64,000 nt of DNA, from contig JBBQRQ010000012.1 in assembly GCA_038214755.1 (NCBI GenBank), forward strand, positions 10,242 through 74,241, read 5' to 3'. Below are positions 9,870 through 19,619 of this stretch, one piece after another. The number at the start of each line of letters is the position of its first letter. Positions within the stretch are counted from its first letter, which is position 1. Made by a program: the position numbers and the translations under genes. Source of the DNA: Verrucomicrobiota bacterium (GTDB lineage Bacteria; Verrucomicrobiota; Verrucomicrobiia; Limisphaerales; CANJXF01). The notes under the pieces are model-generated. The model saw only the letters and a program-made list of their open reading frames with translations, made no database searches and was not told where the DNA came from.

Positions 9870-9888
9870 GTTTCAGTCCATTGACCCG

Positions 9889-11961
9889 TTACGGCGCAAG
9901 GAAGGTTCGCAATCGGTAAAACGATGGAGAAAGCGGCATCGCCTCTGTGTAATTGAACACTCCCCCGGCGGGCGCGGTGATAATTTGTTTAGCCATCCAA
10001 TCAACCAGATTGGTGGAATGCTGCACTTCATACTGATAACCGGCAGTGCCCGCAAAATCGATGCTGACCGATCCGCCAGAAGCAGAAATAGTCTGCACCC
10101 TTGGTGGAACAGGCGCAGGGTTATTAGTCACACCGGTTCCACGCAGAAAAATATCGAACGGATTTTTTTCCTCATCATTGCTGGTCAGACGCAGCGAGGC
10201 GACTTTCAAGCCAAGAGAGTTGGGGATAAAGCGCAAAGTAAACGTCGTGCTGCCATTGGGCGTCACGGGTACAGTGGGATTGCTGGTCACGCTGAAGGCG
10301 CTTGCATTTGTTCCCTCGATGAGGATTCCCAAACTGGTCAAATCGGCGGAACCGCTATTGGTAATGGTGAAGATCAGGCTCTGGCTGGTATTCGTTCGCA
10401 CCGCGCCGAAGTCAATTGTCGTGCCGCGATTGAGATTGGTTCCGAGCGGTTGTTGCACATTCAGGCGAGGAACGGCTCCGAAGCCCAGAACCTGTTCAAT
10501 GATACTGCCGCTACCGTTTAGGCCACCACCACGCGAAATTCCTCTCGCGCGCACGAATCCGTCGGCAGGGAGACTCAAACCGGTTTTCTCCCATCCGCCG
10601 CTGATGCGCGTGCCTGTCCCAAGAGGACTCCATGAACTGCCAACTAATTGTTCAAAAACTACCTGCTCGATCTCAGGCGCTGTGCCTCCGCGCAGCCAAC
10701 GCAGTTGCGTCACATCGGGCTTTTCCAAAGTTTGAGTCGCGGGTTCATTCACGAAGCGTGCGATGTAATTGCGTGCCGTGCCGCCCACGGAAGTAAAATC
10801 GCCCCCCAACAAAATCTTTCCGTCGGCTTGTAATGCTACGCTCCTCACAGCGTCGTCGGCATTGGGATTGAACGCGCTGTCCAACGTCCCATCCGCATTC
10901 AAACGCGCGATGCGATTGCGAGTCGTGCCGCCCACAGAAGTAAAGTAACCCCCCAACAAAATCTTTCCATCGGACTGTATCGCCATGCTCTCCACATAGC
11001 TGTCGGCATTGGGATTGAACGCGCTATCCAACGTCCCATCCGCATTCAAACGTGCGATGCGATTGCGCGTTGTGCCGCCCACGGAAGTAAAGTAACCCCC
11101 CAGCAAAATCTTTCCATCGGACTGTATCGCCATGCTATACACAGAGCTGTTGACATTGGGATTGAACGCGCTATCCAAAGTCCCATCCGCATTCAACCGC
11201 GCGATGAAATTGCGGCCGCCCACTGAAGTAAAGTAACTCCCCAGTAAAATCTTTCCATCGGACTGTATTGCCACGCTATATACCTCGCTATCGGCATTGG
11301 GATTGAAAGCACTATCCAACGTTCCATTCGCATTCAAACGTGCGATGCGATTTTGCGTTGTGCCGCCCACGGAAGTAAAGTAACCCCCAAGCAAAATCTT
11401 TCCGTTGGGTTCTAACGTTACGCTATGTACATAGCCGTTGAGATTGGGATTGAACGTACTGTCCAACGTCCCATTCGCATTCAAACGCGCAATGTAATTT
11501 CGCGTCGCGCCGCCCACGGAAGTAAAGTTACCCCCCAGCAAAATCTTTCCATCGGGCTGTATCGCCACGCTGAACACATTGTCGTTGGCATTGGGATTGA
11601 ACGCGCTATCCAACGTCCCATCGGCATTCAAACGCGCGATGCGATTGCGCGTCGTGCCGCCCACGGAAGTAAAGTAACCCCCAAGCAAAATCTTTCCATC
11701 GGACTGCACGGCCAAGCTATACACGCTGCCGCTGGCATTGGGATTGAACGACAGGTCTGAGGTGCGGTAGATGCCAATGAGCGAGACTTGAAATGGGTAA
11801 TGATTCCTGTCATTGCTGATAATCTGTAGCGTGGCTCCGCGCGTTCCCCCACCCGTAGGACGGAAAGTAATGCGCACGGTAGTGCTGGCGGAGGGAGCCA
11901 GCGTTGACGCCAGGCCATTCGTATCCAACTCATACTCCGACGCAGCTTCTCCAACCAGGGA
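9889..11961 (-). CDS. delta-60 repeat domain protein, distal part (8 delta-60 repeats + C-terminal Ig-like/beta domain); appears to be the continuation of the upstream frameshifted ORF
   Basis: repeats NPNA..V.S.A.Q.DGKILLGG.FTSVGG..RN.IARLNADGTLD; N-terminal 60 aa homologous to C-terminus of paralogous domain. Confidence 0.6.
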   Translation of the reverse strand, partial: SLVGEAASEYELDTNGLASTLAPSASTTVRITFRPTGGGTRGATLQIISNDRNHYPFQVSLIGIYRTSDLSFNPNASGSVYSLAVQSDGKILLGGYFTSVGGTTRNRIARLNADGTLDSAFNPNANDNVFSVAIQPDGKILLGGNFTSVGGATRNYIARLNANGTLDSTFNPNLNGYVHSVTLEPNGKILLGGYFTSVGGTTQNRIARLNANGTLDSAFNPNADSEVYSVAIQSDGKILLGSYFTSVGGRNFIARLNADGTLDSAFNPNVNSSVYSMAIQSDGKILLGGYFTSVGGTTRNRIARLNADGTLDSAFNPNADSYVESMAIQSDGKILLGGYFTSVGGTTRNRIARLNADGTLDSAFNPNADDAVRSVALQADGKILLGGDFTSVGGTARNYIARFVNEPATQTLEKPDVTQLRWLRGGTAPEIEQVVFEQLVGSSWSPLGTGTRISGGWEKTGLSLPADGFVRARGISRGGGLNGSGSIIEQVLGFGAVPRLNVQQPLGTNLNRGTTIDFGAVRTNTSQSLIFTITNSGSADLTSLGILIEGTNASAFSVTSNPTVPVTPNGSTTFTLRFIPNSLGLKVASLRLTSNDEEKNPFDIFLRGTGVTNNPAPVPPRVQTISASGGSVSIDFAGTAGYQYEVQHSTNLVDWMAKQIITAPAGGVFNYTEAMPLSPSFYRLRTFLAP

Positions 11962-11964
11962 TTA

Positions 11965-13340
11965 GAGGCCAGTGATAATGTTGCTGTTCCAGAGTTGGTG
12001 ATGGTCAATACGACCGGGGCGCTCGTCTGGCCCAAGTCCAGTGTGCCGAAAGAGGCCGTGCTGAGGCCATTGGTTAGACTCAGTCCATCCGCTTGCAGGA
12101 CTCCAATGTTAGGCACGGCACCAAAGCTCAACACTTGCTCGATAATTCCGCCGCTACCGTTGAAGTATCCGCCACGAGAAATTCCTCGCGCGCGCACGAA
12201 GCCGTCAGCAGGCAGGCTCAAACCTGTTTTCTCCCATCCCCCGCTGATGCGCGTGCCTGCGCCAAGAGGACTCCATGAACTGCCGTTGAATTGTTCAAAA
12301 ACTACTTGCTCGATCTCGGGTGCCGTGCCTCCTCGAAGCCAACGCAGTTTTGTGGCATCGGGCTTTTCCAAAGTTTGAGTCGCGGGTTCGTTCAGCAACC
12401 GCGCAACGTTATTGCGCGGCGTCCCGCCCACGGAAATAAAATCGCCCTCCAGCAGAATCTTTCCATCGGACTGGAGCGCCACGCTCTCCACAATGAACTC
12501 GGCATTGGGATTGAACGCGCTATCCAACGTTCCATTCGCATTCAAACGCGCGATGCGATTGCGCGTTGTGGCGCCCACGGAAGTAAAATCACCCCCCAAC
12601 ACAATCTTTCCGTCTGCCTGTAGGGCGATGCTATCCACAGAGCTGCTGGCATTGGGATTGAACGCGGTGTCCAACGTCCCATCCCCATTCAACCGCGCAA
12701 TATTATTGCGCGTCGCGCCGCTCACGGAAGTAAATCCACCACCGAGCAAGATCTTTCCATCGGCCTGTAGCGCCACACTCAACACAGTGCCGTTGGCATT
12801 GGGATTGAACGCGGTGTCCAACGTTCCATCCCCATTTAAACGCGCGATGTGATTTCGCGTCGTGCCACCCACGGAATCAAAAGAGCCCCCCAATAAAATC
12901 TTTCCATCGGGCTGCACAGCCAAGCTATTCACAATGGAGCTGGCATTGGGATTGAATTCGCTGTCCAACGTCCGGTCGGCATTCAAACGCGCGATGTAAG
13001 TGCGAGTCGCGCCGCCCATGGATCGAAAAATACCTCCCAATAAAATCTTCCCATCCGACTGTATCGCCATACTATACACACTGCCGTCGGCATTGAGATT
13101 GAATGCGCTGTCCAAAGTCCCGTCCGCGTTCAAATGCGCAATGAAGTCGCGTCTTGCGTTCCCCACGGTGGTAAATCTTCCTCCCAGCAACATCTTTCCA
13201 CTGGACTCCACGGCCAAACTATACACAACGCCGCTGGCATTCGGGTTAAAGCCTAAATCTACGTCTCCAGCCGCCGCGTGAACCCACTGAGGGAAAAAAA
13301 GTCCAAAAATTAAACCCAAGGAAACAATTACATTTTTCAT
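11965..13340 (-). pseudogene. delta-60 repeat domain protein, proximal part with signal peptide; reading frame breaks near 11960-11968 and continues in frame of 9889..11961
   Basis: ORF 11628..13340 C-terminal 100 aa is non-homologous out-of-frame text whereas the +1 frame continues the domain seen in the paralog. Confidence 0.55.
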
Positions 13341-13509
13341 AATCTTATAAGAATAAGCTTTCGTAGATTAGCTCATGGTTTTGTTAAGAGGCTGAGATTG
13401 TGCAGGAGTGGAAAGATCATCAGGTTTGTTTTCATAATCATGCATTGATGTGTCATTACTCCTTTCAAAAGGATTGGCCGGGGAGAGTTACAACAAATTG
13501 CAAAAAAAA

Positions 13510-13573
13510 TCGTTGAAGCGGTAAATCGTTGAAGCGTTAAAGCGTTAAAGCGTTAAAGCGTTGAAGTGTTAAA
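13510..13573. repeat. tandem octamer array (cgttaaag / cgttgaag)n
   Basis: seen directly. Confidence 0.9.
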
Positions 13574-13866
13574 CTCGAATTCCGAAGTTGAAACGCAGGA
13601 TGAAGATGGGGGAGCGCACGCCTCCGGCGTGTGGTTTTCGGCGTCGCGCCGAAAACTCGTTCCACACTATTGTCCCCTCTGGAAAAGTTTATGGACAAAG
13701 GTTCGGGCGCGACGCCCGAACCGGCACGCGAGGACGCGCGCGCTCCCATGCCTACAGCCTTTCCCCCTTGTCAACCAGGCTCCCGGGGCGCAGAATATCG
13801 GTCGTGAGTAAAAATGATGTCTCAGTCCTTGGGCCGGCTCTCACGCCAGAGGTGCCGCCGCTGCGG

Positions 13867-14160
13867 ATGGACGCAGAAAAGGTGATCCGCATCGGGACGA
13901 CGCGGGTGACGCTCGATACAATGGTGGCGGCATTTCAGCGCGGAGATACACCGGAAGAGATCGCTCGCAATTACGATGCGCTGTCGCTTGGCGAGGTCTA
14001 TCAAGCCATCGGTTACTACCTGGCACACCAAACCGACATGGATGCGTATTTGGAGCGACGGCAGGTATCACGCGCGTCAGTCCAAAAAGAGGTGGAGGCA
14101 CAGCATAACCCGAATGGCATTCGCGAGCGCCTGCTGGCGCGCCGGAGGCAACCCGTCTGA
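13867..14160 (+). CDS. DUF433 family antitoxin-like protein
   Basis: MDAEKVIRIGTTRVTLDTMVAAFQRGDTPEEIARNYDALSLGEVYQAIGYY typical DUF433; upstream part of ORF 13588 covers a repeat element. Confidence 0.7.
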   Translation: MDAEKVIRIGTTRVTLDTMVAAFQRGDTPEEIARNYDALSLGEVYQAIGYYLAHQTDMDAYLERRQVSRASVQKEVEAQHNPNGIRERLLARRRQPV

Positions 14161-14513
14161 TGCTCCGGTTCGCCGCCGACGAAAATTTCAACGGTGCTAT
14201 CGTTCGCGGCCTGCTCCGTCGGCAACCCACACTGGATTTGGTTCGCGTTCAGGACACCGGCCACTCGGGGATCAATGATCCTGACTTGCTGGCATGGGCG
14301 GCGCGTGAGCAGCGTGTGATCCTGTCGCATGACGTAGCGACGTTGCGGCAGTATGCCGAAGATCGAGTCCGCGCGGGACTACCAATGCCCGGCGTCTTCG
14401 AAGTGGGTGAGCATCTCTCGATTCGCGAGGCTATCGAGGATTTGTTGCTGATCGCCGAGTGTAGCCAGCAAGGTGAATGGGAAGGACAAGTTTATTTCCT
14501 TCCGTTGCAGTAA
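14160..14513 (+). CDS. DUF5615 family PIN-like toxin partner of DUF433
   Basis: ATGA overlap with DUF433 gene; family-typical 117 aa. Confidence 0.65.
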   Translation: MLRFAADENFNGAIVRGLLRRQPTLDLVRVQDTGHSGINDPDLLAWAAREQRVILSHDVATLRQYAEDRVRAGLPMPGVFEVGEHLSIREAIEDLLLIAECSQQGEWEGQVYFLPLQ

Positions 14514-14734
14514 CCCCGAACTCCGAAATGGAACGCGGGAACAGGAACGGAGCGCGGCGGTAAAGCCCCGTACTCGTGCGGCGGCGGCCGCGGGGGGGTT
14601 CCCCCCCCCCCAAACCTCCCCCGGGGCCGCCCCCGCCCCCCCCCCCCCGCTCCGGCACAACTTTACACGCACGCTACTTCGGAGTTCGGGGTAAGTCTGA
14701 CCCGGCGGCGCCGGTGACTGTGATCTCTCGCCCT

Positions 14735-17587
14735 TTACTTCTTCTCAACCCCGCCTTTGTTGAACTCAATCAGCTTCTGCTTCCATTCGGTGGCTTGGTC
14801 GGACCGGCCCGTTTCTTCGTAGAACTGCACGATGCGTTCGAGAGCTTCTTTCAGACGCACTTTTTTATCGCGAGGAATTTTTTCCTCCCGTTGTCTCATG
14901 CCCTCATAGCCGGAGAGCAGCAGCGTCTCAGCTTCGGCGTATTTCTTTTGGCCGAGCAGATCGGCTCCAAGCCGGCTGCGGGCATTGAAAGTGATCCACT
15001 CCTCCGGCACTTTCTTTTCGCGGATGACCAGGCATTCGCGGGTGAACACTTCGGCCTCAGCGAACTTACCCTGGTCCCGCAGCATGACGGCGAGATTATC
15101 CATTGAGATGGCCAGGATCGTATCCTCCTGATTAAAAATTTTACGGCGGATGCGCAGCGCCTCGCGCGCGGCGGTTTCCGCCTCGGGCAAGTTGTGCAGG
15201 TCGCGAAGGATGAAGGCCAGGCTGTTGAGCGACCAGGCGACATCGCCGTGCTCGTCACCCAGGAGTCGGCGGCGCATCGCCAGTGCTTCGCGGTTCATGG
15301 TTTCCGCCTGGGCAAGCTTGCCCTGATTCCAGAGTGCGACCGCCAGGTTATTGAGTGAGACGGCCAGTTCGTTATGCTCGGGACCCAGGAGTTTTTGCTG
15401 CATGGCCAGGGCCTCGCGAAAAACTACTTCGGCCTCGGCCTGCTTCTCCTGCTCCCAAAGAATCGTGCCCAGATTGTTAATAGACAGGGCGAGGGTCGGA
15501 TGTTCAGGTCCAATCACTTTGCGCATAATGGTGATGCCTTCACGCTGCAAGGACTCCGCCTCGGCCAGGTTGCCTCGCCCCCAAAGCGCACTCGACAGGT
15601 TCGCGAGCGAAAACGTGAGGTCCAGATCGTCGCTGCTGAGGATTTTTCTGCGAAGAGCCAAGGCTTCGCGGAGTATGACTTCGGCCTCGGCTAGTTTGCG
15701 TTCGGCGGTCAGGACGACGCCGAGGTTGTTGAGCGACACGGCCAGATCAGGGTGCTTGTCGCCTAGAATCTTTCGTCGCAATGCCAGGGCCTGGCGGTGG
15801 GTAGCTTCGGCTTCGGACAACTTGCCCTGGTGCCAGAGCACCGTGCCCAGCCCAGTCAGCGACTCTGCAACGGTGGTATCGTTGCTGCCTAAGAGCTTGC
15901 GCCTCATGCTCAGTGCCTGACGGTGAAGGGTCTCGGCCTCCGCGAATTTGTCCTGGTACATGAGCACGACGGCTAGGTTGTCGAGTGAAGTGGCTACTTC
16001 AGGATGCTCGCTGCCAAAGAGCTTGGTCCGCATCGCCAACGCGGCGCGAAACATCTCTTCAGCTTTCCTGGAGTCTCCCAGGTTTCCATAGACTTCGCCG
16101 ATGGTGTTTCGCAGTTCGGCTTCCACGCCGGGCTGTTTGCCCAACTCTCGACCCACTCGCTCGGCGGTCTTATCCAAAATCTCCCGCAGCATCTTCGTGT
16201 CGCGGCCCTTCGCGACGGACGGTCCGACCCCGCTGAGCATGTTCTTGAGGAACTGAGCCACTTGCTGGCTCTTGGCCGCTTCGCTCGCAACGCGCTGGCG
16301 CGCCTGGCGTTCTTTGAGAAACAACCAGGTGGACATTCCCAAACCGAGCAAGAGCGCAATCGTCACCGCGCCGACCGCAGCGAAGGCCAGTTTGTTTCGG
16401 CGAACCAGTTTCTGGAAACGGTAGAGATTGCTGGGCGGGCGGGCCACCACGGCTTCGTTGTCGAGGAAACGTTGGAGGTCGCGCGCAAAACCGTTGGCGG
16501 TGTCGTAACGGCGCGTGCGGTCTTTCTCCAGCGCCTTCATCACGATCCAATCAAGATCGCCACGCAGGAGGTTTGGCAACTTGGTTGAGTCGATTTGGCG
16601 GCGTTGCGCTACGGTGGTCAGTTCCTGTTCCGTCAGAGTCGTCAACCGAGCCGAGGGACGAGGCGGTTCCTTTTCGCGAATGGTGCGCAGGATTTCGTCG
16701 AGAGCCGAGCGAACAAATTGTTCCGAGTCGAATGGCTGCTGGCCGGTTAATAATTCATAAAGCAGCACGCCGAGGCTGTAAATGTCGCTGCGCGTGTCAA
16801 TGTCCAGTCCGCCCAGGCCAGCTTGTTCCGGGCTCATGTAGGCGGGTGTGCCGATGAATTGCTCAAAGGCGGTGAAGAGAGTTTTGTCCGTGAGCCGCTG
16901 GTCGGTGGTGGCCTTGGCGATGCCGAAGTCAATGATCTTGGGCATCGATGCGCCGTCCTGTTCGGTGACGAGAATGTTCGAGGGTTTGAGATCGCGATGG
17001 ATAATTCCCTTCTGGTGCGCGTGCTGAACGGCTTGGCAGACCGAAATGAAAAGATCAAGGCGCTGGCGTGTGGAAAGCTTTTGCTCGTCGCAGTAACTGG
17101 TGATTTTGACACCGCGCACCAACTCCATGACGAAGTAGGGACGGCCTGTCGGCGAGGCACCGCCATCAAGGACTTTGGCAATGTTCGGATGGTCCATCAT
17201 GGCCAACGCCTGCCGCTCGGCTTCGAAGCGAGCGATGACGCTGCGCGTGTCCATGCCGAGCTTGATGACCTTGAGCGCGACGCGGCGGCGAACCGGTTCT
17301 TCCTGCTCGGCCATATAGACCACGCCGCAACCGCCTTCGCCGATTTGCTCAAGGAGTTTGTAGTGGCCGATGCGGTCGCCGGGTTTTTCCGCAAGAGGTA
17401 GGGCGGGTCTCTCCGAGCGCGCCGAATTAGTCGTGTCAGAAACTTCGGCGGCTTCTTCGGCGGAATTTTCTTCCGAGGTCAGGCCGAGTTGCAGCAAGCA
17501 TTTCAGGCAATGGCCGCCGGGCGCGTCGGGCGGCAATTCCGCGCCGCACCGCGAACATTTTTGTGATTCAATCATGACTGCGTGCAT
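14735..17587 (-). CDS. serine/threonine protein kinase with N-terminal zinc ribbon, one TM helix and ~10 C-terminal TPR repeats
   Basis: kinase motifs [16 protein letters not shown]; TPR_12-like repeats. Confidence 0.85.
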   Translation of the reverse strand: MHAVMIESQKCSRCGAELPPDAPGGHCLKCLLQLGLTSEENSAEEAAEVSDTTNSARSERPALPLAEKPGDRIGHYKLLEQIGEGGCGVVYMAEQEEPVRRRVALKVIKLGMDTRSVIARFEAERQALAMMDHPNIAKVLDGGASPTGRPYFVMELVRGVKITSYCDEQKLSTRQRLDLFISVCQAVQHAHQKGIIHRDLKPSNILVTEQDGASMPKIIDFGIAKATTDQRLTDKTLFTAFEQFIGTPAYMSPEQAGLGGLDIDTRSDIYSLGVLLYELLTGQQPFDSEQFVRSALDEILRTIREKEPPRPSARLTTLTEQELTTVAQRRQIDSTKLPNLLRGDLDWIVMKALEKDRTRRYDTANGFARDLQRFLDNEAVVARPPSNLYRFQKLVRRNKLAFAAVGAVTIALLLGLGMSTWLFLKERQARQRVASEAAKSQQVAQFLKNMLSGVGPSVAKGRDTKMLREILDKTAERVGRELGKQPGVEAELRNTIGEVYGNLGDSRKAEEMFRAALAMRTKLFGSEHPEVATSLDNLAVVLMYQDKFAEAETLHRQALSMRRKLLGSNDTTVAESLTGLGTVLWHQGKLSEAEATHRQALALRRKILGDKHPDLAVSLNNLGVVLTAERKLAEAEVILREALALRRKILSSDDLDLTFSLANLSSALWGRGNLAEAESLQREGITIMRKVIGPEHPTLALSINNLGTILWEQEKQAEAEVVFREALAMQQKLLGPEHNELAVSLNNLAVALWNQGKLAQAETMNREALAMRRRLLGDEHGDVAWSLNSLAFILRDLHNLPEAETAAREALRIRRKIFNQEDTILAISMDNLAVMLRDQGKFAEAEVFTRECLVIREKKVPEEWITFNARSRLGADLLGQKKYAEAETLLLSGYEGMRQREEKIPRDKKVRLKEALERIVQFYEETGRSDQATEWKQKLIEFNKGGVEKK

Positions 17588-17624
17588 TCACATTCTAAAG
17601 CAAAGGCGAGCGGAAGTTACAAAG

Positions 17625-17714
17625 TTCGTAGCAGCCGAGGTAACGAGGCTCTGATTTGTTTCCGCGTTCCGAGTTCCGAGTTAAAATGAGCCTCGTTACC
17701 TCGGCTGCTACGAA
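17625..17714. promoter_or_regulatory. 26-bp perfect inverted repeat (ttcgtagcagccgaggtaacgaggct / agcctcgttacctcggctgctacgaa) with 38-nt spacer between ECF sigma and kinase genes
   Basis: seen directly. Confidence 0.85.
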
Positions 17715-18427
17715 GTGGAGATGGCCGCAAAGAGATGGCGGATTTCATCATCAATTTCCTCCGGGCTGGAAACGGTATGAGCGATTTCGCTGCGCAAGAT
17801 TTCGCCGAAGCGTCGTCGCAATCGGTGCAACGCGACTTTTACCGCGCCTTCACTCATGCCCAACTCACCGGCCCATTCTGCGTGCGAGCCAGCAGTCACG
17901 TCGCGGGTGAGAGACGGCTCCAGTTTCGCAAAGACATCGGCTTTGCCTCCGGTGATATATTCCTGCTTCAGCCGCCCGAGCGCCTGTTCGATGATCGCGC
18001 TGGCCCACCGTCGCTCGAAAAGTTTCTCCGGCGTGAGCGATTCTCCTGCTTCACGCAGATAAAGCCCCTCAGCCGCGGCCTCGTCCAGAGAGATGATCTG
18101 GTGATGGCCACCTCGTTTCAAAGTCTGGCCCTTGTCCCATTCGTTCGCCAAAAAATTTGTGAGAGCAGCCAGGAGGAAGGTGCGAAACTTGCCTTTGTTC
18201 CGGTCCACTTTCTTCAGCGTTTCCTTTTCCAGGAGGAATGCGAAGAACGCCTGTGTCAAATCCTCCGCCTCATGGTGGCCGAAGCCACGCCGTCGAACGA
18301 ACGCGTAAATGGGATACCAGTAACCCCGGCACAACCGCTCCAACGCGGCGGCGGCGCGAGCGAAGTCAGTTTGTCCGGCGGCGAGCACTACGCTCCAATG
18401 CGTCGCGGAAAAAACGCTGGCCTTCAC
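17708..18427 (-). CDS. ECF (sigma-70 region2/region4) sigma factor, PVC-type with THWSVVLAA motif
   Basis: MKASVFSATHWSVVLAA...; sigma70_r2/r4 organisation. Confidence 0.8.
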   Translation of the reverse strand: MKASVFSATHWSVVLAAGQTDFARAAAALERLCRGYWYPIYAFVRRRGFGHHEAEDLTQAFFAFLLEKETLKKVDRNKGKFRTFLLAALTNFLANEWDKGQTLKRGGHHQIISLDEAAAEGLYLREAGESLTPEKLFERRWASAIIEQALGRLKQEYITGGKADVFAKLEPSLTRDVTAGSHAEWAGELGMSEGAVKVALHRLRRRFGEILRSEIAHTVSSPEEIDDEIRHLFAAISTS

Positions 18428-18565
18428 ACTTCCCCTCCCACTTCCCCCGTTTCATGTTCGGCGCGCTCCATGGGTTTGGAGACAGTCCTAGCAAAAGTCC
18501 GGCAAAGGACAAACCAATTCCGCGAGCCGGGTCAAGTTGGGTGCATTTCGGAAGTGCCCGGCCAA

Positions 18566-18635
18566 AGTAGCGCAGTGCGTCTCGCCTGCGCAGGGAAAAG
18601 GAAACAAGACTGCAGGCGAGACGCACTGCGCTACT
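18566..18635. promoter_or_regulatory. 24-bp perfect palindrome arms (agtagcgcagtgcgtctcgcctgc) separated by 22 nt, in divergent sigma/TetR intergenic region
   Basis: seen directly. Confidence 0.85.
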
Positions 18636-18719
18636 ATAGCGGTCCCCGCCACTCTAAAAATTCCAATTGACAATTCAAACGTGTGTTTGAAATATCTATT
18701 TGAAGTGCGAAAACAAATC

Positions 18720-19373
18720 ATGGTTGCGCCACTCAAAACGGATTCCATCCAGGCGGAAACCCGCCATCAACTCATCGAAGCGGCGGGAGAAGTTTTTGCT
18801 GAAGCCGGGTTTCGCGCCGCCACCGTCCGCGCGATTTGCGAACGCGCTCACGCCAACATCGCTGCCGTTAATTACCATTTTGGCGACAAAGAAAAATTGT
18901 ATCTCGAAGTTCTGCGGCACACGCAGGAACAGGCTATTAAAAAATATCCAACCAACCTCGGCCTGAAAAAAGATGCATCTCCCGCACTGCGACTCAAAGC
19001 GTTCATTCGTTCCTTTCTGTTTCGCATTTTCGATGAAGGCCCCATCGCGTGGCATGGCAAATTGATGTCGCGCGAAATGATCGAACCCACGGCCGCGCTT
19101 GATGCGTTGGTCGCCGAAAAAATTCGTCCGCAAGCCCAACAGCTTTCCGCCATCATCCGCGAATTGCTCGGCTCGGGCGCGAGCGCGCGACAGGCGCGGC
19201 TGTGCGGCATGAGCGTCGTCAGCCAATGCCTTTTTTATCATCACTGCCGCCCGGTGGTGTCGCGGCTTTTTCCCGAACAAAAATTTTCACGGAGCGACAT
19301 TGAAGATTTGGCCGAGCACATCGCCAGCTTTTCTCTCGCGGCTATTAAACAGCTTGGGAAGAAGAATCGTTAA
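18720..19373 (+). CDS. TetR/AcrR family transcriptional regulator
   Basis: TetR_N HTH RAATVRAICERAHANIAAVNYHFGDKEKLY; ATG 18720 preferred over 18537. Confidence 0.75.
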   Translation: MVAPLKTDSIQAETRHQLIEAAGEVFAEAGFRAATVRAICERAHANIAAVNYHFGDKEKLYLEVLRHTQEQAIKKYPTNLGLKKDASPALRLKAFIRSFLFRIFDEGPIAWHGKLMSREMIEPTAALDALVAEKIRPQAQQLSAIIRELLGSGASARQARLCGMSVVSQCLFYHHCRPVVSRLFPEQKFSRSDIEDLAEHIASFSLAAIKQLGKKNR

Positions 19374-19375
19374 AT

Positions 19376-19425
19376 GGATAAGTGGTTAAATCGTTAAATC
19401 GTTGAATCGTTGAATCGTTGAATCG
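19376..19425. repeat. tandem octamer array (cgttaaat/cgttgaat)n
   Basis: seen directly. Confidence 0.9.
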
Positions 19426-19588
19426 ATGCACACCTTGAGAGTGCTACGCGGGCTGAATAGTGGAGCAGGCTTCCAGCCTGTCACAGCGGGCATCTTGCCC
19501 GCGAATCGTGGTTCTGGGGCTGGAAGCCCCATTGGCAGACAGGATGTCTGCCCCACTACTTGGTCGCAGTGGCACGATGCGCATATCG
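19426..19588 (+). ncRNA. candidate structured non-coding element (multi-hairpin) bracketed by octamer repeats, upstream of efflux operon
   Basis: hairpins gcgggca-tct-tgcccgc, ggcagaca-gga-tgtctgcc, ggcttccagcc/ggctggaagcc seen directly; function unknown. Confidence 0.3.
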
Positions 19589-19616
19589 AATCGTTGAATC
19601 GTAAATCGTAAATTCC
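19589..19616. repeat. tandem repeat cgaatcgt tgaatcgt aaatcgt aaat
   Basis: seen directly. Confidence 0.85.
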
Positions 19617-19619
19617 GCC

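Noticed and set aside
13510-13573. Tandem repeat arrays as possible CRISPR
   Set aside because: Units are 7-8 nt with no unique spacers; not CRISPR architecture, and no cas genes.
13588-13866. Upstream extension of DUF433 ORF (start 13588)
   Set aside because: The extension translates the double-hairpin repeat element (…GQRFGRDARTGTRGRARS…). DUF433 homology begins at MDAEK (13867).
14576-15106. ORF encoding Pro/Gly-rich peptide (MRRRPRGGSPPPKPPPGPPPPPPP...)
   Set aside because: Artefact of translating the poly-C/poly-G tract; overlaps the 3' end of the kinase gene on the other strand.
18537-18719. Upstream extension of TetR ORF (start 18537)
   Set aside because: It covers the 24-bp palindrome; the HTH domain begins right after ATG 18720.
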